From assembly GCA_020637495.1 (NCBI GenBank), contig JACJVV010000001.1:205082-269081 (forward strand): DNA of 64,000 bases, written 5' to 3'. A model generated the notes under the pieces. It had not been told where the DNA came from. It was given only the letters and a program-made list of their open reading frames with translations, and made no database searches. The DNA comes from Candidatus Woesearchaeota archaeon. Its GTDB lineage: Archaea > Nanobdellota > Nanobdellia > Woesearchaeales > JACJVV01. Position 1 is the first letter of the stretch. Every line of letters starts with the position of its first letter. The translations under genes were made by a program, and so were the position numbers. Of the stretch, positions 28,128 through 37,725 are shown in pieces.

Positions 28128-28774
28128 TTTTTGATAATTGTCACCAGATTGAATAGTATGAGTATATAGGCAACAAGCTCTATAAAGTGATAGATCACAT
28201 ATGACATCGCTGATTTCATTGTGAATATATATGTCAAGTCAGCTATGAATAAAAATGTAAAAGCGACCATTATCAATGCAGTATGCAAGTTGGGATTCTT
28301 GAAGAAATTCCCTAAGTAAAATGCAAAGATATATGCAAGCAATACTGAAGATAAGACAAAATAGACATGAGGAAAATTCAATGAGAACATGAAAGGAAGT
28401 GCTGAGATTAATATTAACAACGAATAAAGTTTAGGAGATTTCGTCTTAAATGTCATATATACCAAAGTAACAAGCCCCAATAAATAGAGGATCAGGTGAA
28501 TGTAGAGTTGAACGTAATACCACATAACAGGATCCCATTTTGTAATCTCGCAGAATGACTCATGAAGATTAAAGCAGTTTCCTGCATTGAATATAGCAAG
28601 AATAGCATATGAGAAAGCAATGAATAAGAATCCAAAGCCAAGCAGCTTGGAGTTATTTGACTTAGTAAGCTTAAATATCTTGAATGCAAGAAGACTTACT
28701 AAAAGAGTAACAACTGCAAAAATAGCTTCTGTCAAAGCATCGTATCCTATAAACCAATTAGGTACTACAAACAT
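28124..28774 (-). CDS. Polytopic integral membrane protein, hypothetical
   Basis: 216 aa, 6-7 hydrophobic helices. 4-nt overlap with the downstream wHTH gene (operon). Confidence 0.45.
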   Translation of the reverse strand: MFVVPNWFIGYDALTEAIFAVVTLLVSLLAFKIFKLTKSNNSKLLGFGFLFIAFSYAILAIFNAGNCFNLHESFCEITKWDPVMWYYVQLYIHLILYLLGLVTLVYMTFKTKSPKLYSLLILISALPFMFSLNFPHVYFVLSSVLLAYIFAFYLGNFFKNPNLHTALIMVAFTFLFIADLTYIFTMKSAMSYVIYHFIELVAYILILFNLVTIIKK

Positions 28775-29045
28775 CCATATTAAATACCATCTTGAATTTT
28801 TAAAAGTTATGGATTTATTTTCTAGAATAGATGTGGATAATGTATTAATAAAGGTAATGTGTTCTAATATCTAATCAATATAAATAATCAACTCAACCCA
28901 GAGGTGAAAAAAATGCTTTATCAAGACAAAGTTGGAAACCTTTACATGCCAGATCAAGTAGAAGAACTATCTACTTGGGAAATTGAAGATCTTGGAATAC
29001 ATGTAGCAGAAGAATGGTAAAAGAGATATGAAAACTAAGAATCAA

Positions 29046-29435
29046 TCAACTCTTTACCAACTCATCAAAAGTGAAGCCTTTAAGCTGGGCATCATCTAAA
29101 CCTATAGAGAATCCCCCTTTAGTCTCTTTTAGGTCTTCCAGGGAGAAAAAAAACCACCCTTTTCCCTGGAATTTTATTCCTACCCAAGCCTCAGAACCAA
29201 ACTGGAATGCGAAGGTCTTTAGATCTTCAATTTCTTGTTTTGGAAAATATTTCCTCTTTTCTTTTGTAGCTTTAACCTCAATCGCTACTTTTCTCATAGA
29301 ATTTCCCGCAATAATATCTGGACAAGGATATCTTGAACTTCCGCTTCCTGCTGCCCGGAAAGCAGCCCAATTGGCATCCTGAAGCATGTGTATCAAATCA
29401 CGCTCAGCTGTAGTACCTTTCTGCTTAGTGTTCAT
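29046..29435 (-). CDS. hjc: Holliday junction resolvase Hjc
   Basis: KGTTAERDLIHMLQDANWAAFRAAGSGSSRYPCPDIIAGNSMRKVAIEVKATK matches the Hjc catalytic core (E, PD, EVK). Confidence 0.85.
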   Translation of the reverse strand: MNTKQKGTTAERDLIHMLQDANWAAFRAAGSGSSRYPCPDIIAGNSMRKVAIEVKATKEKRKYFPKQEIEDLKTFAFQFGSEAWVGIKFQGKGWFFFSLEDLKETKGGFSIGLDDAQLKGFTFDELVKS

Positions 29436-29549
29436 CCAATAAATTTAGAGAAATAGGTTTATTAATGTTTTCTGCATAGATGTCCTATGGTAGAAGTAAA
29501 TCATATTATTGAGGAAAAATTTAAAAATGACAGCATTGTATTTTGTTGC

Positions 29550-29771
29550 ATGTCTATCTCAAAATCTTCAAGGCTATTGCCTTTAGCAACAATGGAGAAC
29601 CTGATGCTTGAAGCAGGAGCAGAAAGAGTAAGTGAAGATGCAAAAAAAGAATTAAAATCAATACTTGAAGGATATGCTACAGATATCGCTGAAAAATCAA
29701 TAAAATATGCGAAACATGCAGGCAGGAAGACCATAAAAAGTGAAGACATCAAGCTTGCGCTAAAGAATTAA
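29550..29771 (+). CDS. Archaeal histone (HMf-type histone fold)
   Basis: LPLATMENLMLEAGAERVSEDAKKELKSILEGYATDIAEKSIKYAKHAGRKTIKSEDIKLALKN aligns along the HMfB histone fold. Start placed at MSISKSS; the track ORF starts 21 codons earlier. Confidence 0.85.
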   Translation: MSISKSSRLLPLATMENLMLEAGAERVSEDAKKELKSILEGYATDIAEKSIKYAKHAGRKTIKSEDIKLALKN

Positions 29772-30342
29772 GATCTTTTTCTAATTGTTCGTTTGAAATA
29801 AAAAGTATCGCCTTAAAACCCAATCTTGATGCTGCTAGAATATTCTTCTCTTTATCGTCGACGAATATGCTTTCTTCGGCTAAGATATCAGCATCATGCA
29901 GCATCAATTCAAAGAAAGAAGAATTAGGTTTTGTCATCTTATATTCACATGAGAAATATATGCCTTTGAAATTATCCAATAAAGAAGAGAAATCATTCTT
30001 CAATATCTCTACGTTCTTTGGATTGTTATTTGATAGTATATAAAGGTTAAATATCTTAAATTTATTCAATTTTGACACAAGGTTTGAGTTCCATTTTATT
30101 GCTGACTTAAAAGCAAGATCAATCTTTTCAGATGAATCTTCTACACCCATGTTGACTATCGCAGTACAAAAATCTAAATAAGAAAGTTTGCCGCTATCCA
30201 TCTGGCAAACAAGACCATCGACCCTATCCACATCAAGCACATGTTCAGATATCTTCTGCAATTCAGCCACTAAAGAAGGCGTATAACGACCTATAGTAAG
30301 CACACCTCCCCAATCAAATATCAGATTCTTTATCGTCATCAT
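29749..30342 (-). CDS. HAD-superfamily hydrolase (subfamily IA-like)
   Basis: N-terminal LIFDWGGVLT (DxG motif I) and a C-terminal FVDDKEKN motif IV. Confidence 0.7.
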   Translation of the reverse strand: MMTIKNLIFDWGGVLTIGRYTPSLVAELQKISEHVLDVDRVDGLVCQMDSGKLSYLDFCTAIVNMGVEDSSEKIDLAFKSAIKWNSNLVSKLNKFKIFNLYILSNNNPKNVEILKNDFSSLLDNFKGIYFSCEYKMTKPNSSFFELMLHDADILAEESIFVDDKEKNILAASRLGFKAILFISNEQLEKDLNSLAQA

Positions 30343-30349
30343 TCCTTTA

Positions 30350-31267
30350 CTAAACCTTGATTTTCATAAAATCAAAACCAGCATAACTCTCTGGGAATAT
30401 ATCACGTGCCTCTTCCTCTAATTCTGAGACGTCGCTATATCTTTGACTAAAATGAGTCATCACAAGTTTTTTAGCATTTGCTTCATGTGCTATCTGGGCA
30501 GCCTGCTTAACACTCATATGCTTATACTGATCAGCCTTGTCTACGTGCTTATCTAAGTAAGTGGCTTCGCTTATTACAACATCGGCATCTTGTGCAAGAA
30601 TTATAGTATTCTTCACATAAGCTGTATCCATGATAAAAGCGATAACTTTTCCCGGTACAAGATAAGTCAACTCATCTGATGAATAACTCTTCCCTTTAAA
30701 CTCAATTGATCTACCATCCTGTAATTTACCAAGCAATGGTCCTTCTGGAATCCCTAATTTAGATGTTTTTGATGTCGAGATTCTACGTTTATCCTTCTCT
30801 ACAAACCTATACCCTAAAGTAGGTATGCCATGGTCCAATGATATCGCTTGAAGATAATAATTTGGTGATTCATAGAACGTCTCAAGCTTGTCCTTGTCTT
30901 TTGGGATTATCTCTGTTATTTTCAGATTTAATCTTGAGATGTTACCGAAATATGTTGAATTCATCAGCATCTCAAACCGCTTTTTAGTCTCTTTAGGGCC
31001 AAATATCTCAATAGTAGTTCCTTCCGTATTATTGCTTATCGTCTGTATCAAACCTAGCATTCCTGCAACATGATCGCCATGCCAATGGCTTATCAATATC
31101 TTCTTGACCTTGTTCCTATTGATATTGGCAATATTCATCTGACGTTGTGTACCCTCGCCACAATCAACCAATATACCCTCACCATTAAAATCTAGAAAAA
31201 AGCTTGTAACATTCCTTTCCTTTGTAGGAACCATGCAAGATGTCCCCAATAATGTCAATTGGATCAT
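30350..31267 (-). CDS. rnz: Ribonuclease Z (tRNA 3'-processing endonuclease, metallo-beta-lactamase fold)
   Basis: MIQLTLLGTS...ILVDCGEGTQRQM...ILISHWHGDHVAGMLGL (HxHxDH). The length is that of short-form RNase Z. Confidence 0.85.
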   Translation of the reverse strand: MIQLTLLGTSCMVPTKERNVTSFFLDFNGEGILVDCGEGTQRQMNIANINRNKVKKILISHWHGDHVAGMLGLIQTISNNTEGTTIEIFGPKETKKRFEMLMNSTYFGNISRLNLKITEIIPKDKDKLETFYESPNYYLQAISLDHGIPTLGYRFVEKDKRRISTSKTSKLGIPEGPLLGKLQDGRSIEFKGKSYSSDELTYLVPGKVIAFIMDTAYVKNTIILAQDADVVISEATYLDKHVDKADQYKHMSVKQAAQIAHEANAKKLVMTHFSQRYSDVSELEEEARDIFPESYAGFDFMKIKV

Positions 31268-31329
31268 GTCATCCCTGAACCAGACAGCATTTAAAAACTT
31301 TTATAAATCCTCAAAGGACTTTAAAATCC

Positions 31330-31995
31330 ATGCCAAGAAAGAAGATAGCTTCGGAAACAAAGGAGAGAAAAGCAAAGAAAACTGAGTCTAAGCCTTCAAA
31401 TAAAGAGGATAAGAAAAAGTCTGCCAAAAATCAAAAAGAGATTGAGAGTGAAACGGTTTCTAAGAGAAAGACTGAGAAGATTGAAGCTTTCTTCCTTAAT
31501 GACAGCATCGTAACAGAATGTTCCAATGAAGCAAGATTGCTATATGAAAAATCAAGATTCGGAACTTTGCTTGAAGATGGTAGAGTCCAATTAACATTGA
31601 TTGAAGGCTACCATCTATTGGATAAGGATAAGATCGATCTCAGACAAGGCAAGAGATTATTAGGCAAAGAAGAATTTAGGAAAAAATGCATCAGGCTTGA
31701 GAAAAATTTCTGGACAAGATACATAGTTTATGCTGATTTCAGGAATCGAGGATATATAATCAAAACTGCATTAAAATTCGGCGCAGATTTCAGAGTATAT
31801 GACAAAGGTGTAAAACCGGGAGAAGATCATGCACGATGGATAGTATATCCTGTCAAAGAGACGGACTCCTTGACATGGTATGAATTTGCAGCCAAGAATA
31901 GAGTTGCACATTCAACCAAGAAAAGGCTATTAGTAGGAGTAGTTGATGAAGAGAATTCTGTAACGTACTATGAAATAAAATGGACTCGCCCATAA
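31330..31995 (+). CDS. endA: tRNA-splicing endonuclease catalytic subunit (EndA) with an N-terminal Lys/Glu-rich extension
   Basis: YIVYADFRNRGYIIKTALKFGADFRVYDKG...HARWIVYPV is the EndA catalytic-domain signature. Confidence 0.8.
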   Translation: MPRKKIASETKERKAKKTESKPSNKEDKKKSAKNQKEIESETVSKRKTEKIEAFFLNDSIVTECSNEARLLYEKSRFGTLLEDGRVQLTLIEGYHLLDKDKIDLRQGKRLLGKEEFRKKCIRLEKNFWTRYIVYADFRNRGYIIKTALKFGADFRVYDKGVKPGEDHARWIVYPVKETDSLTWYEFAAKNRVAHSTKKRLLVGVVDEENSVTYYEIKWTRP

Positions 31996-32480
31996 AACAG
32001 ATTAATGAGTTCAAGGATGACTTGAGATCTGTAATAGGGGTCTTCCTAAAACTTGTTGATATGTATGAGCATGATAATGACAATATCAGCAAAGCATTGC
32101 CTGCATTCAGGAAATATCTTGAGGATTTCAATTTAAGATACCAAGGCATAGAGATAATTGTAGAGTATGATGATTTCACAAAAGATGACCTGAAAATACT
32201 CCTTAATAACTATGAGAGCAAGGATGAGATAATCACGAAATTCAAAGTGAATTTCCCCATTGTAGCAAAAAATAACCTTAAATATGGCAAACTCCAGTTT
32301 TTTGTCGATTATACGCACTTAAAAGACGGCATAAATTACAATATAGACCTGCTTGCAGGACTTGCAATGGAGAAAGGGGTTAGCAAAGAAAAGCTAAAGA
32401 TGCCTGTTGAGCTTGAACTTATATCCTTAGAGATAGGTGAGAACTTTAGCAATGCTGATCAAGGAATGGCAAACAAATAG
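31980..32480 (+). CDS. Hypothetical protein
   Basis: 166-aa ORF overlapping the endA stop by 16 nt. No motif recognised. Confidence 0.35.
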   Translation: MDSPIKQINEFKDDLRSVIGVFLKLVDMYEHDNDNISKALPAFRKYLEDFNLRYQGIEIIVEYDDFTKDDLKILLNNYESKDEIITKFKVNFPIVAKNNLKYGKLQFFVDYTHLKDGINYNIDLLAGLAMEKGVSKEKLKMPVELELISLEIGENFSNADQGMANK

Positions 32481-32542
32481 ATTGACCTGATACAGACAGC
32501 AGAGGAATAAAAAATATAAACAATATAGTTCTAATATATTTA

Positions 32543-33538
32543 ATGTCAGAACAAAAGATAGTGAGTTTTCTCAAAGAGAACGGTCCAAGTACTCCTGCCA
32601 AATTGGCTAAACATCTTGGTATAAGCCAATTGTTTGCATCAGCCATGCTTGGAGAAGTCGCCTCTAAAGGAGCTGTAAAGATAAGCTCGCTGAAGATAGG
32701 GGGTGGTTCTCCCTTATATTATCTCAAAGAAGATGCAGAGAAACTTCAGATATTCGCAAATAATCTTAATTCAAAAGATAAGCAGGCATTTGAATTATTG
32801 AGGAATGAGAAAGTACTCAGGGATATAAAGCAAACACCTATAGTGAGGATCTCTCTGAGAACAATAAAAGATTTTGCAATACCTTTAACTATAATAAGAG
32901 ATAAGCAAAAAGAGACATTCTGGAAATGGTATATGTTGGATGATAAAGATGCTGAGGGTGTCATAAGAGAAATATTCGAAAAAGAAGAAGGAAGACTCCA
33001 ATCTGCTGATGTTGAAAAAACAGACCAAGCTAAAGCTGCAACACCTACCTTAGACAAGAAAAAAGAGACCCTAACAAGCATAGACAGCCATATAGTTGAG
33101 CCTATTGAAAAACAGAAGAAAAAGATCGAAGATAAACCAGTGCCTAAAAAGGTCAACGAACCAAAATTGACAGATTTCAACACTTACAATGCAGAAGAGA
33201 TGATCACTGAATTCCAAAGAACATGCCAGACATCGTTCGGTAAGAAGATTATTGCCTACTATAGTGAAAAAGGAATAAAAATCTTGAAATTTGAACAAAT
33301 AAAGAAGAATAAAGAATTCAGCTTTATACTGAATGTTCCATCTTCGGTAGGAAACTCAAAGTTCTATTGCAAAGCTGTGGACAAGAAAAAAATAAATGAG
33401 ACTGATCTTGCACTAGTGGTAGTCGAAGGCCAACATAGGCAATTACCTCCATTATTCTTAACAACTGGTGAGATGAGCAAGAAAGCAATTGAACAAAGAG
33501 AAGCATTATTCAAAGATCTGAACATAATAAAATTATAG
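32543..33538 (+). CDS. Hypothetical protein with an N-terminal winged-helix domain
   Basis: FLKENGPSTPAKLAKHLGISQLFASAMLGEVASKGAVKISSLKIGGGSPLYYL is wH-like. Charged linker, then a C-terminal domain of unknown family. Confidence 0.4.
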   Translation: MSEQKIVSFLKENGPSTPAKLAKHLGISQLFASAMLGEVASKGAVKISSLKIGGGSPLYYLKEDAEKLQIFANNLNSKDKQAFELLRNEKVLRDIKQTPIVRISLRTIKDFAIPLTIIRDKQKETFWKWYMLDDKDAEGVIREIFEKEEGRLQSADVEKTDQAKAATPTLDKKKETLTSIDSHIVEPIEKQKKKIEDKPVPKKVNEPKLTDFNTYNAEEMITEFQRTCQTSFGKKIIAYYSEKGIKILKFEQIKKNKEFSFILNVPSSVGNSKFYCKAVDKKKINETDLALVVVEGQHRQLPPLFLTTGEMSKKAIEQREALFKDLNIIKL

Positions 33539-33557
33539 TGGATTAGAATACATCAAA

Positions 33558-34583
33558 ATGGGAATAGCTCTGAAAGAATTAATTTCTGGAAAGGAAGTTG
33601 ACATCAAGATGTTAACAGGAAAAATAATATGCATAGATGCACCGATGATACTTTATCAATTCCTTACTACAATCAGACAAGCTGATGGGAGCTATTTCAC
33701 TGACCAGAATGGAAATGTAACGTCACATCTAATAGGAATAAACTCGAGGATAGGAAAGCTATTGCAGTATGGATTGAGGTTAGTTTTTGTCTTTGATGGG
33801 AAACCTCCTGAGCTAAAAGCACAGGAGATAGAGAGGAGAAAGGAAGGTAAGAAAGAGGCTGAAACAAAATACAAGATAGCTATGGAAAGAAAAGATTTCA
33901 GTGAGATGAGGAAATATGCTTCAAGAAATGTTAAAGTAACTAAGGATATAATAGAAGAAACAAAAGAGCTGGTAGATGCATTCGGCATACCTATAATCGA
34001 AGCACCGAGTGAAGCAGAAGCACAAGCAAGCCATATGGTGAAGAAAGGAGATGCATATGCTGTTGCTACGCAAGATGCAGATACTTTGATGTTCGGTTGT
34101 CCAAGAGTGCTAAAAAACCTTTCATTAGTAGGGAAGCACAAGAAGAACAATAAACTAGATTACCAAACATATAAGCCTGAACTAATAGAATTATCAGAGG
34201 TACTAAATGAGCTTGGTGTAGATCATGAACAATTTGTACTCCTATCAATTCTTATCGGAACAGATTTCAACCCAGGTGGAATCAAAGGGATAGGTCCTAA
34301 AAATGCACTTAAGCTAGTAAAAGAATATCGAAATAAGGAAAGATTAATTGAATCATTAAAAGATAAGATTGAATTCGATTTTGAAGAAGTATACAGGACG
34401 GTCAAGAATGTACCAGTAACAGATGATTATCAATTAGAATGGAAAAAAGTCGATCAAAAAAGAATCAACGGGCTTCTTGTAGAAAAGCATAATTTCTCTG
34501 AAGAAAGAGTAAAAAAGATACTTGATCAATTAACCGAACAGACTGAAGCAAAGAAACAGACAAGTTTGGGGGCATTCATATGA
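33558..34583 (+). CDS. fen: Flap endonuclease 1
   Basis: GIALKELISGKEVDIKMLTGKIICIDAPMILYQFLTTIRQADG...LVFVFDGKPPELK, the N and I nuclease domains and the HhH, characteristic of archaeal FEN1. Confidence 0.9.
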   Translation: MGIALKELISGKEVDIKMLTGKIICIDAPMILYQFLTTIRQADGSYFTDQNGNVTSHLIGINSRIGKLLQYGLRLVFVFDGKPPELKAQEIERRKEGKKEAETKYKIAMERKDFSEMRKYASRNVKVTKDIIEETKELVDAFGIPIIEAPSEAEAQASHMVKKGDAYAVATQDADTLMFGCPRVLKNLSLVGKHKKNNKLDYQTYKPELIELSEVLNELGVDHEQFVLLSILIGTDFNPGGIKGIGPKNALKLVKEYRNKERLIESLKDKIEFDFEEVYRTVKNVPVTDDYQLEWKKVDQKRINGLLVEKHNFSEERVKKILDQLTEQTEAKKQTSLGAFI

Positions 34584-35407
34584 AGCCAATGAAATTACGC
34601 GACATATTAGCAAAGAAACTGACAAAGAAAGAGATGGAATTCATGACGACCAGCTTTGATATAGTCGGAGATATTGCTGTCATCGAAATAAAGCCAGAAC
34701 TCGAAAAGAAGGAGAAAATCATAGGAGAAGCAATATTAGCTATGCATAAGAATATAGTCACTGTATGCAAAAGAGTAGGACTCCATTCAGGCAAGTTCAG
34801 GACACAGAAGCTGAGGATAATTGCTGGAAAAAGAAGCAAAGAAACTGTACACAAAGAATCAGGATGCAGATTAAAACTGCATGTTGAAAAATGCTATTTT
34901 TCTGTTCGTTCAGGGACTGAAAGATTAAGGATTGCTTCAATGATTAAACCTAAGGAAGATATATTAGTAATGTTTTCAGGCATAGGGCCTTTTGTCTGTG
35001 TGATAGGGAAGAATTGCAAGTATAATAGCATTACAGGTATTGAACTAAACCCTATTGCCCATAAATATGCAGTTGAGAATGTCGAGATGAACAAGATCAA
35101 ATCTGTTAAGATGGTGTTAGGTGATGTCCGTGAGGTCGTACCTAAAATGTCTAAGTTTGATAGGATTGTAATGCCATTGCCTAGAACTGCTGAGGAATTC
35201 CTAAATACAGCACTGACTGTTGCAAAGAAAGGTACAATTATCCACCTATATGGTTTTTTAGGAGAGGAAGAATTTGAGGAACATAAGAAAAAGATCATTT
35301 CTATTTGTAAAGATAATGGTTTCAAGATAAAGATCAAAGATTTAATTAAATGTGGACAGTTTAGCCCTAAGGTGTTTAGGATATGTGTTGATTTCGAGGT
35401 AATATAA
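34580..35407 (+). CDS. tRNA (guanine37-N1)-methyltransferase Trm5 / Met-10+ family
   Basis: FDIVGDIAVIEIKPELEKK...VLVMFSGIGPFVCVIGKN...GIELNPIAHKYAVENVEMNKI (SAM motif I plus the NPPY-equivalent region). Confidence 0.8.
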   Translation: MKPMKLRDILAKKLTKKEMEFMTTSFDIVGDIAVIEIKPELEKKEKIIGEAILAMHKNIVTVCKRVGLHSGKFRTQKLRIIAGKRSKETVHKESGCRLKLHVEKCYFSVRSGTERLRIASMIKPKEDILVMFSGIGPFVCVIGKNCKYNSITGIELNPIAHKYAVENVEMNKIKSVKMVLGDVREVVPKMSKFDRIVMPLPRTAEEFLNTALTVAKKGTIIHLYGFLGEEEFEEHKKKIISICKDNGFKIKIKDLIKCGQFSPKVFRICVDFEVI

Positions 35408-35628
35408 TGGATATGTTCTTCACTATAATTGGTGCTGTAGGTCTTATCTTGATAACTTATGGGATAGTTACTAAAGGAAGAAAACTACAGGATTATCTTG
35501 ATATCTTGGGAGGGATATGCCTTGAGATATACAGTATCCATATAGGGAATGTGATCTTCATTGTATTACAACTTGTTTTTACAGGAACCGCAATTTGGGA
35601 TTTCTTCAGAAAAAGAAAATCACGTTAA
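35407..35628 (+). CDS. Small two-helix membrane protein, hypothetical
   Basis: 73-aa ORF starting at the trm5 stop; two hydrophobic helices. Confidence 0.3.
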   Translation: MDMFFTIIGAVGLILITYGIVTKGRKLQDYLDILGGICLEIYSIHIGNVIFIVLQLVFTGTAIWDFFRKRKSR

Positions 35629-35934
35629 TGTGTATCTATCTTCAAGGTTCACTTTTAGTTTTGAGAGAACAGGGTTTGGGACAGAATCCCTTACCTTAGC
35701 AACATGTGAATCTGGAAGTATATCTTTCAGGAATCTTATGATCTCATCTACTTCTTCTCCTTCAGGCACTGCAAACCTTACAGTATTATCCATATCTGAT
35801 GTATTTTCTGCAAGAATATTCCTCTCATTCTGCAAACAATATTTCCTTATCCTTCCCCTTAGCATTACATTCTTGATTATGGATTTATCTGTAGTAATTT
35901 CGTAGATATCCCATTTAATTATTGGTATATACAT
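35620..35934 (-). CDS. Hypothetical protein
   Basis: 104-aa ORF 112 nt downstream of pheT on the same strand. No motif recognised. Confidence 0.3.
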   Translation of the reverse strand: MYIPIIKWDIYEITTDKSIIKNVMLRGRIRKYCLQNERNILAENTSDMDNTVRFAVPEGEEVDEIIRFLKDILPDSHVAKVRDSVPNPVLSKLKVNLEDRYTLT

Positions 35935-36046
35935 TTTTGTATGCTTTTTGATCAGTTCACATGCTCAGAAGTTACTCTTTGATGTCATCGGATTTCTCCT
36001 CTAATGGTGTTCACATCTTCACAGCATCTTGTGTGATCAATGAATG

Positions 36047-37696
36047 CTAAATCAATCTATGCAATTCTGTAATATTCAACTCAAAGGTAGATACAGGATA
36101 TTCTATTGCAAAGTTTTCCAGGACTTGTGGATGAACCTCTCCAATAGTGCCTATCTTTTTCCCTCTAAATATTATCTCACCAGATCTACCCTCTAGGAAT
36201 TGTTTTGTGGATAATTCAGATAGTTCGTATTTTATATCTAGGTTTGAAAATATATAATCTAATATCTGTTTTATATCAGTGAAATTAGCCTTCTCTTCAC
36301 AAAGAGCGACTGCGAGCTTCAATTCTTCCTTTATTCCAGTATCCTCTTTTGCTGATCTTGAAAAAACTGTCCCCAAATCAAATATCCTTTGAGGATATTC
36401 ATTATGCCTATTCCTTGCCAATATATCCAACAGTGAACATATCATGGAACTTCTAACACTATCAAATCCCTCAGATAATGAATTTGAAAGCATGATTGGC
36501 TTTGATGCAAGGAATTTCTTCTCTACAGCCTCGCTACTTGTTATATTGTATGAATAAACCTCTGTGAGCTTAAGACCTATCAACAAATCAACAATCTTCT
36601 TCGCAAATGATTCAATCTTGCTTTCTTGTCCGATTGTTGCTACTTTAGGTATAGTCTCCTCAAAATTCTCATATCCATATGCTATTGCAATATCTTCCAC
36701 CAAATCAATTTGATGTAACACATCCGCCCTATAAGAAGGTACAAGAATTTTCCTTTTTGAGTTATCATAACCATATCCCATTTTTGAAAGCAGCACCACT
36801 ATTTCTTTCTCCTTTAAATCAAGACCTAATCTTTTGTTTATGTAATCAACATCAAAAGACATCTTTGAAGGTAGTAGATTTGGAGAGGTTATTTTTTTGT
36901 CTGGATATATTAACTCAATAGAGTAGGTCTCACCACCCATATCTGATAATGCAGTAACTATCATGTTAAGGCATTTAGCAAGTACATCATAGTCAAAACC
37001 AGAACATTCGATGAAGACATCCTTTGTCTCTTCAGATACTTTGCCTACATCATGACTGTTTATGATAGGTGGCATTGATAATATCTTATTGTCGGCATCC
37101 TTGAAGAATGGGAATTTAGATTGCCCTTCTAATAGATGACCATAATCTCGTCCAGTTGGATGCTGTGATAAGACTTGTAATCCTGTCATCTCACGTTTTG
37201 CTTCCAATGGTAGGAATCTCACTTTTTTTGGATCTTCAGCAAAGAAAGTTATCGGAAACCTTATCTTTTCCATAGGATAAACGCCTATAGCGACTTTCTT
37301 CCTGTTCCTTCCATAGGATACATGGAGTTTTTCTTGTATCTGGATTACTTCCCTTATTTTCTCGTCATCAAACTTAATGTTCTTTACGATAGCACATGCT
37401 GTATAAGGCCTTACCTTTGATACTGATTTGTCGATGATTACTTTTTCCCCTGATTTTTTGATATCATAACCCCTCAGACCTGTCTTCTCGCCAATGAATG
37501 AGGAAAATGCTCTTGCAAATCCTTGTTCTGAAAGCATATCTGGACGATTAGGGAATATCTCAACATTTATCTCATTCCCCTCGATACTTTCCAAATCAGT
37601 CCCAAGCATAGAAATACGATCTTTTAATTCATCTATTCTGAGTTTCTTGCCTACTAATTTCTCGAATACAGTTTTGTTTAGTGTTACTGTCGGCAT
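36047..37696 (-). CDS. pheT: Phenylalanine--tRNA ligase beta subunit (archaeal type)
   Basis: MPTVTLNKTVFEKLVGKKL...FPNRPDMLSEQGFARAF B3/4 and B5 domains; the 549-aa size is typical of archaeal PheT. Confidence 0.9.
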   Translation of the reverse strand: MPTVTLNKTVFEKLVGKKLRIDELKDRISMLGTDLESIEGNEINVEIFPNRPDMLSEQGFARAFSSFIGEKTGLRGYDIKKSGEKVIIDKSVSKVRPYTACAIVKNIKFDDEKIREVIQIQEKLHVSYGRNRKKVAIGVYPMEKIRFPITFFAEDPKKVRFLPLEAKREMTGLQVLSQHPTGRDYGHLLEGQSKFPFFKDADNKILSMPPIINSHDVGKVSEETKDVFIECSGFDYDVLAKCLNMIVTALSDMGGETYSIELIYPDKKITSPNLLPSKMSFDVDYINKRLGLDLKEKEIVVLLSKMGYGYDNSKRKILVPSYRADVLHQIDLVEDIAIAYGYENFEETIPKVATIGQESKIESFAKKIVDLLIGLKLTEVYSYNITSSEAVEKKFLASKPIMLSNSLSEGFDSVRSSMICSLLDILARNRHNEYPQRIFDLGTVFSRSAKEDTGIKEELKLAVALCEEKANFTDIKQILDYIFSNLDIKYELSELSTKQFLEGRSGEIIFRGKKIGTIGEVHPQVLENFAIEYPVSTFELNITELHRLI

Positions 37697-37725
37697 TTTT
37701 TATGTCATCTCTTGATCAATTGTCA

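Noticed and set aside
29071-29382. + strand 103-aa ORF
   Set aside because: It is antisense to hjc, which has clear catalytic motifs.
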